A stretch of DNA of 64,000 bases from Octopus sinensis (taxonomy: Eukaryota). Below the pieces are notes generated by a model, which saw nothing but the letters and a program-made list of their open reading frames with translations, was not told where the DNA came from and did no database searches. The DNA lies in the NCBI RefSeq assembly GCF_006345805.1, contig NC_043004.1:42780001-42844000 (forward strand). Reading direction: 5' to 3'. This document shows positions 26,430-39,291 of the stretch, piece by piece. How positions within the stretch are numbered: position 1 is the first letter of the stretch; the number at the start of each line of letters is the position of its first letter. A program made the position numbers and the translations under genes.

Positions 26430-27045
26430 TTAAAAACATAAGCAACTGGGATTTGGGATGAAAAAAGGTCAGTAAGTGATATACAATGAGCAGAGAGCAA
26501 TTTGATGCATTGGTCGATGAAAAAGAAATCCCCGGTTGGTTGATAAATTGACAAATGGACAAACGGTGTTGTGTCTGAAGGATGCATCAAAAGAAAATGC
26601 TGCCGACGATGACAGGCCAGTTACTTCCTTCCCATTAATGTGGAAGTTACTGTCGGAAAGAATTGCAGAAGAACCCTACAAGTTTCTTCCTGAGAACGTT
26701 TGGTTACTGACAGAACAGAAAAGTTGTAGGGGGAGGTGCAATGGTACTAAAGACCAAAATATTGATTGACAAAATGGAAATGCAAAATTATAAACGAAAG
26801 AAAATATATTTGGGAATAGCTTGGCTTGACTATCGTAAAGCATATAATATAATTCCACATTCGTGGATCGACGAGTGCTTAGATTTGTTTCATATTGCGA
26901 GGAATACAACGTGTTTTCTGAAGAGACGCCTGGAAAACTGAGACCGGTAGAAAATTAGATGATATCCTATGCACAAAGCTTGGGCAGCCTGGGCATCAGA
27001 AGCAGGATTTTTCAAGGCGATAACTCATTTCTGTTGCTTTGACAG
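26430..27045 (+). mobile_element. R4/Dong-like (RLE) non-LTR retrotransposon, N-terminal half of RT, decayed
   Basis: ORFs 26536..26769 and 26741..26941: LTNGQTVLCLKD...RPVTSFPLMWKLL...EQKSCRGRCNGTKDQ..ID...GIAWLDYRKAYNIIPHSWIDECL, then GIRSRIFQGDN. These correspond to RT domains 0-4 of the R4 clade. Confidence 0.85.
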
Positions 27046-27232
27046 GTATTTCGGAAAATGGGCCTGAAATATCAGCTAAATTTAAAATTTCAAACACTCA
27101 CCTAGCTAAAGGGAAAATCTCAAACACTCTAACACTCAACTTGGACCTGCAAGAATTATTTGGAGGTTTCTTGAAACTTGACCAGTAAACAAGTGTTAGT
27201 CTGTTAGCAAAATAAGTTGCGATTTCGTCAAC

Positions 27233-27265
27233 TATTATTATTATTATTATATTATTATTATTATT

Positions 27266-27330
<65 letters not shown>

Positions 27331-27342
27331 AATAATAACAAT
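27233..27342. repeat. (TTA)n-(TAA)n head-to-head microsatellite
   Basis: Direct reading; the orientation switches at TTAA near 27268. Confidence 0.95.
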
Positions 27343-27551
27343 AGTCGGGCTCGAGGTGATCCAGCCGGCAGTATTGTTCGGTACAACTCGCATTCTAAGT
27401 AGAGTATTGTCACTTTGAGTCACAGAAAACGATAATATTTAGAACCGTTGGAGAATTGTTGTAGCCTGCTTTCAAGTGAAGAATACCCGGTTATTAAGAA
27501 ATATCCGAGAGTCATTCAGAACAATAACATCAACAGCAACAACAACATCAA

Positions 27552-27583
<32 letters not shown>

Positions 27584-27620
27584 ATAAAAAACATCAAATG
27601 CAACAACACCAATAATAACT
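27343..27620 (+). mobile_element. R4/Dong-like 3' terminal fragment with 3' UTR and (CAA)n tail
   Basis: GLEVIQPAVLFGTTRILSRVLSL* matches the IQKAVLLGTARILR.VL terminus of R4-clade ORFs. Confidence 0.65.
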
Positions 27621-29340
27621 GGAGACAATTGCACAAAGAAGTGTCTACGTATGGCCTAGATCGATTAGCGAAAGGCTTTTGATAATATTAACTACACATG
27701 GATCCTAGAAACACTAACTGTGAGCAAGTGAGCACCAATGATCATAAAATATATAACACATTCCATGAATAAATGGCGGACAGTGCTGCAGCACCAGACA
27801 AAAGCCATACCCATTAGAAGAGGAATATCCTATTCATTTTCTGCTTGGCTCTGACACCTTTATCTGACATGCTTTATCTGACAGAACTGTATGTAGATAC
27901 AACTGTTACAGCAAAACAATCAGCCACCTCTTATATATGGATCATATAAAACTGTACGCTACAAATGACAAACAGCTGGAAACATTACTACAGCCTCTAC
28001 ATATATTTACTAAAGAGATAAACCTCAAATCAGACTTAGAAAAATGTGTCAAAGCAAACTTGAAAACAGGAAAACTAGTTAAAAGTAGTAACATTACACT
28101 AGATAAAGCAAATGAAATAAGAGAATTAGACCAAAGTTAGACATATAAATACTTCGGAATCAGGGAACTAGATACTATACAACACACACAAATGAAAGAA
28201 AAAATAAAAAGCAGAATACTATAGACGAGTTAGATTAATACTGAAAATAGAGCTCAATGCGAAAAACAAGATAATAGGTATCAACAGTCTAGCTGTCTCA
28301 GTTATACGTTACAGCTACAATATCATTAACTGGAACTAATCAAAATAAACAGGAAAACAAGAAAAATAATGATAGGATTTAGGATGCACCCCCCAAAATC
28401 TGACATAGAAACGTTATATATATATATACAACTTATCGAAGGTGGCAGAGGCCTTATACAGTTAGAAAACTATTACACAATAACCACCGTAGGACTACAA
28501 AATAACCTAATTCAGGAGCAAGGAAAACTAATACAAATAGACACGAAGGACGAACAAAAAGAGAAACTGGTTTCAGTCTTATAGAAGCTGACAAATACAA
28601 AAATGAAATCATAGTACCTAACACCTATGAAGAAAAAGAAGAAACAACAAAAGCTGTAAAACAACTGAAATCCAGACTAAAACTGGAACAGAAACTGATC
28701 ATGATAAAACAATAGCAAGGAAAACTCCTTCGTGGCAAATATTGAGTTAAATTAAAAGCAAAAGAAATAGACAAAGCAAAATCCCAACAATGGCTGAGAA
28801 GCTCAGGACTCAAAGAAGAGACTGGAGGATTTTTAATTGTAGCACAACACCGAAATCTCCGCATCAGAAATGATCAAAAACATATAATGAAAATAAACAT
28901 ATGTAACTTCAGAATATGTGGAGTGGACAAGAAACAATAAACCATATTGCTTCTGGCTGCCCAGTCCCGGCTAAGAAGGAATATATTCCCAGACACGACA
29001 GAGATGGAATCTATATACACTGGAAGCTATGACAACACTATGGAATATCAACTGAAAAATGATGGTATAGGCACGCGTCAGGAAAGGTCACAGAAAAGGA
29101 GAAAGCAAATATTCTATGGGATATACCAATACACACAGACAGTGAAATTAAGGCCAATAGGCCTGATATAGCAGTCAGATATCATTGAAAATGATTTCTA
29201 ATTGATATATCAATACCAACATATGACAAAGTTTCGCTAAAAGAAATGGAGGAGCTTTAAAAATACAAAGACTTGGAATAGAGGTAACTCGAATGTGGAG
29301 TCTAAAGAGAGAGACAATTCCTATTATAATTGCGCTTGAT
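27620..29340 (+). mobile_element. R4/Dong-like retrotransposon: RT, CCHC finger and restriction-like endonuclease, decayed
   Basis: ISHLLYMDHIKLYATNDKQLETLL...LEKC (YMDD mutated to YMDH), YKYFGI, MHPPKSDIETLY...EGGRGLIQLE, WLRSSGLKEETGGFLIVAQ, ETINHIASGCP...RHD, ILWDIPIHTDSEIKANRPDI, LIDISIP, KYKDLGIEVTRMW. Many stops and frameshifts. Confidence 0.92.
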
Positions 29341-29344
29341 GATG

Positions 29345-29408
<64 letters not shown>
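29338..29408. repeat. (GAT)n microsatellite
   Basis: Direct reading; it truncates the preceding element. Confidence 0.95.
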
Positions 29409-31241
29409 AACAAAAACAAGAATAATAATAGGGAAAGATGTCCACAATTGTTTAGCATGTGAGAATGGTCCGTAATCTATTCATGAACGTCGGGAATAAA
29501 ACAAATAAATCTCAAAGAATATAACTCTCAAAGTGGTGGATCATACCTCAGTAATTTCCATCCAAATTTATTTGTAATTTATTTGTAAACACGTTTGCCA
29601 GGCTATGGTTCTTCAGATCAACAGATCGCTTCTGACTCGCCCTTAAAACACTGTAAATGAGGAAAAATTTAAATTATACTCTTATTATTCCATCGACGGA
29701 AGTGCGTACTTAAAACCTATTACACAATACGTACGAAAAATTACACATCCAGTACGCTTTAACACCAGGAATGGGTGTACCGGTTCCTTAGAAAATGATG
29801 AGTGTCTAATCAATGGACTGGTCGTTACTCCACCCGTCTCGCAAATATAACAAATGAATAGGGAACAAGATGACTATGTTTTAAACTTGTGCGCCTAATT
29901 TATGGTGATACTCAACCTACAAAATGAGTTTACAGCAACACACTCATATGAAAAAGACTTATGAAAATGGCACGAATCTAAATATAAAATTGAACCAAAT
30001 ATTGTGGGACATGTGTACAGATAGTTTTATCACGTACAATGTGGGAATGTGCTATAAGCCCGTCTTCTGTTAAAAGATGTTAGATAATGTACCATATACT
30101 TTTAGTTTCCCAATAAATAATCATTTACTTGTATCTGTTGGAGCACTGACTATCTCTTTCTTAGCTTGAACAAGAATGAGATCCATGCTCTTGGGAAAGC
30201 ATAAGTAAAACTCTTCCCTTGCTCACGAGGGAATATGTCAGTATGACTACTGTTTGCTTAACATAACGCTGCCAAACTTTAGATCTTTCATCAAAATATT
30301 CTGTATCTAAACATTCCTTGTTAAAAAAAAACGTGCAAACGACGGTGAGAACATTCATTTTTGTATACAAATTTGTTTTTTTGTTGGTTAGAAGATACGA
30401 ACAACCAAGTATTCTACAAAGAAAAAAAAATTCTAAATCTCACAATAATTTCATGTAACTATCTCTTGAAGGATTTAACGAAAAATAAGGAAAACAATGC
30501 ACATTGAAAGCAGAGAAAGATACATGAAACGTGAGTAAATTGATGGATTTTCTCTATGAAAATCGCTGACTATGGAATTGGTGTTTCCGAATTGAAATAG
30601 ATTTGCTGTATGAAATTAAAGTGCAACTTAATACCTACGTGAAATGAAAATATCGTATAGGTGAAATGTATTCGGAAACGTACGGGATTTGAATTTATTA
30701 TTAATAGAGAAACGCGATTGGTGATTGATTCTATTGTGTAAACAGTGAGTGTGTATTTATCACAAATAATGTAATCAGTTAGTGATTAGGCTATTACCAT
30801 ACGATAGTCAAACCTTAGATCCCGCGGAAGCTGAACATTGTCTTGGCTAGACGTAATATTAAATGTGAAAACTTTGAAAACTTTGTAGACAGTAAGGCAA
30901 GTTCAACTTTTTAGGGTAAGCATATATTATCATCAGTATGATGATGGAGCAAAGATAGAATATGTCGCGGTTGTGAGTGCATTTATGTTATGAGAAAAAG
31001 CTCCAAATCTTATAGTATTGATTATAGGATCGGATTCACACACTACATAATATAATCCTTTGCTCCCGAAAAAAATAGTTGGCAGCCATTGCTCGCATGC
31101 CTTAAATCATATACCCCTCCTAAACTAACCCCACCCCCAAATAACTCCAAAACAAGAACGAAAGCCATTAACATATACATTGTTAAATAAAGATGACTAC
31201 ACTAAATATTTTTGATGTTATAATTTATATTTTTTCTACAA

Positions 31242-31800
31242 GACGGCGAGCTGGCAGAAACGTGAGCATGCCAGGCGAAAAGCTTGGCAGTATTTCGTCT
31301 GTCTTTACGTTCTGAGTTCAAATTCCTCCGAAGTCGATCTAAGTGACTGGCCCCTTCTCCCCAAATGTCGGTCCTTGTGCCTTGAGTTGAAACGGTATAT
31401 TCTTTTCTACTGTAGGCACAAGGCCCAAAATTTTGGGGGAGGGAGCTAGTCGATTAGATCGACCCCAATACGCAACTGGTACTTAATTTGTCGACTCCGA
31501 AACGATGAAAGGCAAAGTCGATCGACCTCGGCGGAATTTGAACTCGGAATATAAAGACAGACTAAAAACCTATTTCTTTACTACCCACAAGGGGCTAAAC
31601 ACAAAGGGGACAAACAAGGACAGACAAACGGATTAAGTCGATTACATCGACCGCAGTGCGTAACTGGTACTTAATTTATCGACCCCGAAAGGATGAAAGG
31701 CAAAGTCGAACTCGGTGGATTTTGAACTTAGAACGTAACGGCAGACGAAATACCGCTCAGCATTTCGCCCGGCCTGCTAATGTTTCTGCCAGCTCGCCGC
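31242..31800. mobile_element. Composite of three SINE family A copies: + (31242-31400, deleted), - (31405-31566, partial), - (31568-31800, full)
   Basis: Head GGCGAGCTGGCAGAAACG at 31245 and its reverse complement TTTCTGCCAGCTCGCCGC ending at 31800. Confidence 0.9.
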
Positions 31801-32916
31801 AAATTTGATCCTATATATTGAATACCTGAACCTATCCTGTACAATATCTGATCGATGAATATGACAGTAAAAATGTATAATCGCCAATCACAAATAGAAT
31901 AGATAAAACAAAAAGGTTCGTTAATTAAAATAACTCAACCAGGATTCATGGTAATTTTCGCCGGCCATATATTTGATTAATTTGCAAAGTAACTACAGCA
32001 TTAGAAACTTTCTCCAAAATAATGAGCGTGATTAAAATGATGAATGCTCTATTTATATATCAGCTTTAAGTATAAATTTGTATAAACGTTCGGTGTCTTC
32101 TACTCTAATTGCTCATATCCGTTTGTCGACGTGAAATATTAGCTAATTTACTAATTTACAAGGAATTATCTCTTGTTAAGACTGATAAGCCACGTCTAGA
32201 CCCCAATTATGAACTCAAATTTAAAAATATCAATATATTGATTAAGAACTGTTCGCATTTCCTTATTACATTTCGATATGAAAATAGATCTATGTATTGA
32301 TGGGGAGGAATGCATAGCTGGCGAATTTAAATATAATTAACGGAGGAAAATTCATTAAATCATTTAGGGTCATAAAATGACATGTCCATCAAAGAAAAAG
32401 ATATCGCAGTGAAAGTTTTAATATGAAAAGTCTTAAGCTTCACCCTTGTTTGGCAATTAAATTTCACTCCAAATATTTCCATTTGTATCGTAACACTGGA
32501 ATGCATTTAGACATTGCTATATCAAATTTGCATTGAAAAGTGTAAAGCCAAATTTAAAATGTATTTAAAGTCATATACAATTAAATTGATTTTCCTCGAT
32601 CACAGAATTCCACGAACCTATTGTCCTACAATGATGATACTAATATCAAGGACATGAGTAATAAGATTTATGGATAGAAAGCTATCGTAATCGGCCCTTA
32701 TTTCTTATAAGTACACCTATATATAGAATTTTAAATCTGTGTACCTCTAGAACATTTTGCAATGGTAATGTTGGTGAACTTGCTAAAGTTAACCAGATTT
32801 TGTTCGAACTTACAGGTGTGCATCGGTGGTCCAGGTTTTAAAAGCCGGAGTCACAAAAAATTCCAACAACCAAATGCAACGATTAAATGATATCATGGTA
32901 CTTTTGGCATAGAAAA

Positions 32917-33147
32917 GGCGGCGAGCTGGTAGAATCGTTAGCACGGCGGACGGAATGCGTAGCGGTATTTCCTCGGCCGTTAGGTTCTGAGTTCAAATTC
33001 CGCCGAGGTCAACTTTGCCTCTCATCCTTTCGGCGTCGATAAATTAAGTACCAGTTGCGCACTGGGGGCCATATAATCGACTTAATCCATTTGTATGTCC
33101 TTGTTTGTCCCCTCTGTGTTTAGCCCCTTGTGGGTAGTAAAGAAACA
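32917..33147 (+). mobile_element. Full-length SINE family A with a 19-bp target-site duplication
   Basis: Flanks GGTACTTTTGGCATAGAAA (32897-32915) and GGTACTTTTGGCGTAGAAA (33148-33166), 1 mismatch. Confidence 0.95.
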
Positions 33148-33549
33148 GGTACTTTTGGCGTAGAAACAGGTCTTCACACATCTCTGTGTGAACAGTTTCT
33201 GTTATACAGATGAAAATAAGTCGCACCATAATTTAGAATATCCTTCGACAACTTTGAAATTTCCTTCTTTTTTCAGTATATATGTATATAGCATTTTCCA
33301 GCATGTAAGTTTCACGAAACATGAATGCACTGAAAGATACTCACAGTCATTCAGAAGCATTTATTAGGAAATTAGTTGAGATTGCTGTAAAATTCGTTGG
33401 AATATAATAGAAAAATTCTTCACTGGTACTCTGGACTTCGATGTAACTCATACGTTATTCGTGTTCATTCTACGTTAAAGTTAAAGCAAAGGAAGGCAAA
33501 TCTTTAAACTATTTTTCGGAATAATCTCTGAGAGAATTTTATTGCAGCT

Positions 33550-33750
33550 ACACATAATCCTTTGTTACAATATTGAAAAATGTGGGTCTTTGAATATTAA
33601 GCTGTTGCAGCATCAGCTCCTACATCTGGATGTCGGGGACGAGGTTTTGGCATTATTCGTTGGCTCTCTGCTAGGAAGTGAATGTATCTTTCAATACCAA
33701 AGTTTGGTGGAATTCCTTCTCGATTTTACAAATGTATGCCACAGGCGCGG
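33550..33750 (-). mobile_element. Decayed CR1-group LINE ORF2 C-terminal fragment
   Basis: Manual translation PNFGIERYIH...IMPK...CCNSLIFKDPHFSIL parallels 14112..14375 (MPKIP...YCNSLGFKEPQLFDIL). Confidence 0.45.
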
Positions 33751-33754
33751 ATAT

Positions 33755-33900
33755 AGGCGCAAGCATGTATGTGTGGCTAAGGAGCTTGTTTCTCAACCAT
33801 ACAACCTTGGTTTCAATCCCGCAGCGCAATACCCTGTGCAAATATATTCTAATACAGGTCCTTTGTGGACGGAACCTGAAGGACAACAGCTGTGTGTATA
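33755..33900 (+). mobile_element. Decayed SINE family B head
   Basis: TAGGCGCAAGCATGTATGTGTGGCTAAGGAGCTTG...GGTTTCAATCCCGCAGCG...GGACGGAACCTGAAGGA. Confidence 0.6.
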
Positions 33901-35517
33901 CATACATACATACATACATACATACATAGACCCATATAGTGTTTGCGGTTCTCCCCACAAACGCTGTATTGCTTTGATAAATTTCATGTAACTTAGCAAT
34001 TCAACAAAAGACACAAATATAATTAATACTAGGGTGTGCTTTAATCGATTTATTACCGCATACCTTATGCCTTCCTTGAACTTGCTTGGAAGCTTGCAAA
34101 AGTTACGGAAGACCGTTATCTAATTTGTTTTTTATGGAGATCGTTGAGCGACTCTTAGGTGCAATAGCTGAGATTAATGTTGCTATATCTATGGCGAGTT
34201 ATATATTTGATACTCATATCATTGTAATTGAAGGCTGCTGCCTCCCTCTGTACGTGTGTATCACAGAGAACTAACCTAATTTCCTCACTTGCATGAGCCC
34301 CAGGAGAAGAAACAACTTACGAAGACAATGAAGTTTGAAAGTCAGTAGGTTTCATCAGACAGTCCGAAAATTTGTTTCAAGCTTTAAGTTTTGAAGTCGC
34401 TCCGAATGTTCTCAGTTTCCGTGTATGTACACGTGTGTACCTGAGCGACTACGATGTCTCCCACTGGCAGGCATCGTATTTCTCTCCGAAGTGTCTCTTA
34501 ATCTAATATATACACTCTATTATTTATGGCTTTACTAGCTTTGAGATTCACCGTTCTCCGCAAAATATATTTAACTTCCTTTTGAAGCTTATAAAAAGTT
34601 TTCGACTTCACTATATAATTATATTCATAAAACCAAGCAAACAGAAACGTCCTCACGCGCACGCGTGCACATACACACACATACACATCCGCTTTATATC
34701 TTTGATAAATATACATCTACGGATGTGTATATGAATTTTTACATGTGTATTCGTCGGCGATAGTTCTAAAAATTATTCAGCGTACTTACTAGGAGTGATT
34801 GAATTCGTAATGTTATTTTTTATTACCTTTTTTTTACTGATATTCACGTTGCTAAAAATGATCAATCTAAACAGCAAAAACTACTCTAAAAACGTAAGGA
34901 GATTATACGATCGATATATAACTTACTTCTGATATCATAGGTGTAACTGAATAGACGTTGATAATGGTTGAACAAAACACTCTGTGACCTGTACCACTTC
35001 ACACTGAAGCTTATCCCTTAAGGAGTATTAATAGATGATTAGCTCACGTACGTATGTGATTTGATCGATTCATTATCATCATTATTTTGAAGTATAAAAA
35101 TGAGGAAATAAAATACTTAACCTCGTTACATGAAACTAATCAGTCTGAAAAATCTAACTATTACTAAATCAAACTTTGATGTGTCGTAAAACTGCACTGA
35201 AACTTCTGAATTTAATACATAAACAATGCATTTGTTAGTTTGTGTATCTAAGCGTACCTTCTTTTCTCTTACAATTAGTTATATATTTTATCTCTTACAC
35301 ACAAATATACACATTTAAACCAAAGCATTAATATATGAATCTAAGTCTCGCTGTCTCTTTCTCGCTCTATCGCTGTCTTTCTCTCTCCCCATATATATGA
35401 CGATATACTATGAATAAAATTATCCAGGCGGGTACCGTGTTAGCTTTGAGGTATATTCCAGGTTACGGCTACATATGAATATGTATGTATATGTATATAT
35501 ATATATATATTATATAT

Positions 35518-35571
<54 letters not shown>

Positions 35572-35691
35572 GATAGATAGATAGATATTGGTAAAAACGG
35601 TAAGATAACAAAAGAAAGAAAGAGACCTCAATATTATGTAAATAGAGGAAATTTATCTGTAAAATAATATGCGACAATTATTCAATAGTCA

Positions 35692-35754
35692 AGATAAAAC
35701 TCTGAGTTTCGGATGCCGAAGTGGAAATCCACAACACCATCTCTTCGGTTATCT
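35692..35754 (-). ncRNA. Type-I hammerhead ribozyme motif (left arm), core U4-to-C
   Basis: AGAUAA-CCGAAGA-...-GAAACUCAGAGUU^UUAUCU. Perfect 6-bp stem I, but the core reads CCGAAGA. Confidence 0.55.
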
Positions 35755-35840
35755 TTATATATTTATATAAGTAGCGGAATTATAACACAGTAATTTCCCT
35801 TTATAGAACGGTATTTTTTCATAGCGTTTTACAGATGGCC

Positions 35841-35903
35841 AGATAACTGAAGAGATGGTGTTGTGGATTTCCACTTCGGCATCCGAAACTCAGAGTTTCA
35901 TCT
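35841..35903 (+). ncRNA. Type-I hammerhead ribozyme motif (right arm)
   Basis: AGAUAA-CUGAAGA-[GAUG..GUGG(AUUU)CCAC..CAUC C]-GAAA-CUC-A-GAG-UU^UCAUCU. Canonical core, extended stem II, near-palindromic stem III, GUU triplet with predicted cut after 35897, one A-C mismatch in stem I. Confidence 0.65.
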
Positions 35904-35936
35904 TGACTATTGAATAATTGTCACATATTATTTTAC

Positions 35937-36001
<65 letters not shown>

Positions 36002-36289
36002 GCATATATATATATATGTATATGTATGTATATACATACATATATATATATATATATACATATATATATGTATATATGTATGTATGAGTTTGTGTATGTA
36101 TATATATTGGGCTCGATTGCAGTATTTGACTGTAACGATCACTGTAACCTATTGACTCCCGTTCACTGGCAGGGCTGTCTACTCGAGTCGTTACTCTCAG
36201 TTTCGTCTGTCTAGTGGCACATATTAAAAACTAATCTATTTATAACAATATTTATTGATATATTTTCTTTCACTCTGTTCTCACTGAAT

Positions 36290-37240
36290 ACATCCATGAA
36301 GCATCCACTGAATAAATCCATGACTTCGTAATTTCAGATTCATCTATTCTTTGTAGAGGCACAAATGAAGCATTGCCTTTAAACTGATATCACTATGCCA
36401 GTAGCTACGAAGCTCAGGGCTAAAGGCAAAGAGTGTAGACTTTACCTTTGCTGTCCATGATCAGAGCTTATTGAGCCGGAACAATCGAGGCAATGTGATG
36501 TAAAATGGTGTAGACCCAAAGTACCAATTCTGCAACGCTGGGATAGAAATATTCGACCATATAATCTCTGGATGTAAAGGTTTAGCACCTGGAGAAAACA
36601 AATCAAGTCATGACAGTGTTGATCAATATCTACATCAGGGACTTACCAGTATGTACAGATCGGTTCATCAAGGCAAACAAACCAGATAATGTTGTAAAAC
36701 ACACAAGCAATAAAGTATGTTTATTGATTGACATGATTATACCATATGACCATCATATCTCAGCAAAAGATTTTGATACGCTCAGAAATTATAAAAGATT
36801 TGCTAATCGAAATCAAAACGATGTAGCAGCTCAAGACGGTTTCAATACCAGTGATTGTAGAAGAACTTGCAATGATCAAGAAAGGAACTGAAAATTATTT
36901 AGGAATGATACCTGCCTTACAATCCATGCAAGAAGTGCAAAAGATTATCTGAACTGGTACGTCACACGTATTGAGGAGCGCATTGTCGCTGTGAATTTTC
37001 TTACCTTTTCCTCCTTTATATTATTTACTTTTCTATTTTGTATTTTTTTCTTTTTCTCTGTCTTCACCTTTTCGTCTATCACATGACTTGGTAAATAAAC
37101 AATCCGGTGTGTTTGTTTTAATGGGCTACCAATGTATACAGTATGTTTCTCTGTCCTAGGTGTCAGGGAGACACTTGGCAAGAAATGGAAACATCTAGAT
37201 CAGAGAAATATCAGAAAGTAGGAACATTTGAAAGAATATC
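36290..37240 (+). mobile_element. R4/Dong-like retrotransposon 3' part (CCHC finger, RLE domain, 3' UTR), internally deleted
   Basis: LRSSGLKAKSVDFTFAVHDQSLLSRN...FDHIISGCKGLAP...HDSVDQYLH, then TDRFIKANKPDNVV...CLLIDMIIP...YK, and EVQKIILTGTSHVLRSALSL*. Confidence 0.85.
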
Positions 37241-38356
37241 AATGCACGACGCTACGCCACTAAGATGAACCTTTGTGTGTTATAGACAACATAAAGTCTA
37301 TGAATAAGTAATGAATGACTGTATACTGTAGCTAAAATAACATTCACTCTTATTTGCAGAATTAAACTATATATAGAAACACTTTTAATGACTCACAAAG
37401 AATTGGGGATGGTTTCAAAATACTTGAACATAAATTACTCAAAGTTCAGAGTTTACTCTGATATTTCCACGCAGGCACAAGGCAAATACTGTAATGTTTG
37501 GTAGCTTAGAGCTCATTAGCTTGGTATACTCTGATCAATTGACTAGAGAAAACATAAAAGATATACGAATATTATTTGGAAAGTATGAATTGCAGCATTA
37601 AAAATAAATGAAACAGTAAAATGAGTGAATGATTCAATAGCATGATATCGGATAAATAATTTATGAAGTAATATAATGAATAGCGTATTGAAAATAAACA
37701 CAATTCCTAATTAATTGAATTTCACTCTCAACTGGGAAAAAGAAAATCAAATCCAAACAGTAAATGTTAGCATCTCTGGAAGAAAAATGGAATCAATTAC
37801 ACGGAATTAAGGATTAATAGCTCAATGTTACTTTACAAGCTTAAGGGAAAATCCCGTCTATGTTTGCAAACAAAAGGCAATTACGGACATGAACAGAGAT
37901 TTTTGCTTTATTCCTCAAGCTAAGAAGGACATTTTAATTAATTATTCTTATTCCGTACAACATTCATTGTATTAATTATTTACCAGTAAAGGTCAGAATA
38001 TTCCCTAAGTATATAAATTAACTGTGATGAATTAATTCTTAATTTCATAGAAACTTTGTCTGCTTTTGTATGAGAGTCAGTAACAGTTGCTGGTAGGTCT
38101 AAATTTCCATTCTCTAATCAATGAGAAAATTCAAATTTATTTTAGTGCAGAGTATTAATGCATTAAATTATTTGAAAAATTCCTCTAAATATCTCATGCG
38201 TGGTATTCTTCTTATTCCATCTTATATTTTAATTATGCAGGGGAAAATGAAAACACATATACCAGATTTCAATAGAGAGTTCTGCACAAATACAGCAAAA
38301 CATTTGCATCATATTCTTCTATATGCGTAATTGTAATAGATGTTTATACACTCCAT

Positions 38357-38359
<3 letters not shown>

Positions 38360-38417
<58 letters not shown>

Positions 38418-38454
38418 GTACATATATGTGTGTGCTTGTATGTATAAATATATG

Positions 38455-38512
<58 letters not shown>
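38360..38512. repeat. (TA)n microsatellite pair
   Basis: Direct reading. Confidence 0.95.
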
Positions 38513-38514
<2 letters not shown>

Positions 38515-39240
38515 CCTATAACATTATTATCATACTTTGTAATAATGATAAACTATGAATATTCGCATAACAATTTCTTCATATAAACTCTTTTTATTTG
38601 TGTGAGAGTTGCAATAGATATCGATGGGTTTTGGTTTACTTTACCCATTTGATATGATAGTTCTATTAATTAAGATATTTTTCCCATATAGCAAAGCATA
38701 CATCGTATACACTGATGCTTCGAAAACCTTTACATCCAAAACCACATGTTAATAGGTCAAAGTTATAGAATTCCAGAATTAAACACATATGTGACATTTA
38801 TATGAAAAACAGATTAATCATTCACATAAATAGCCAACGTAATTGTTTTGTAGAGCAACAGATAACTGCCGAGTGAAAAGTGAATAACATCAACTTAGAG
38901 AAGGGTAAATAAATTTGGTCTTGGGGAACAAAGTAAATGATGTAATATATATTCCAAATGTTAATTCTATATTCTCAGTTCCTGAAATATTTTACATTAG
39001 GTAATTTCAGATTTCATGAAATAGAGATATACGTAAGAAAAGAGCATTTATATTGGTGATAGAGTTAAATATATCTGAGATACCATAATGGCATTTCACT
39101 GAGTAGATTCTAGGCAAGCTGCAACAAGGAAGATTGCAAATCCAATTTGCGGAGCTATATTGTAACAAAATAATAATATACATTACACTGAATGACATGA
39201 GGAAATATTTACAAGGAGTACATTTTACATTAATATATAT

Positions 39241-39291
<51 letters not shown>

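Larger units (their letters stand above)
35655..35940. repeat. 100-bp inverted repeat (97/100 identical, 86-bp spacer) between (TA)n-rich tracts; probably a PLE-derived terminal repeat pair
   Basis: 35655-35754 is the reverse complement of 35841-35940 except at 35672/35923, 35696/35899 and 35747/35848. Confidence 0.95.

Noticed and set aside
29590-29625. Minus-strand CUGAAGA-A-CCA(UAGCC)UGG-CAAAC hammerhead-like string
   Set aside because: GAAA is broken and there is no stem I pairing; too degenerate to call.
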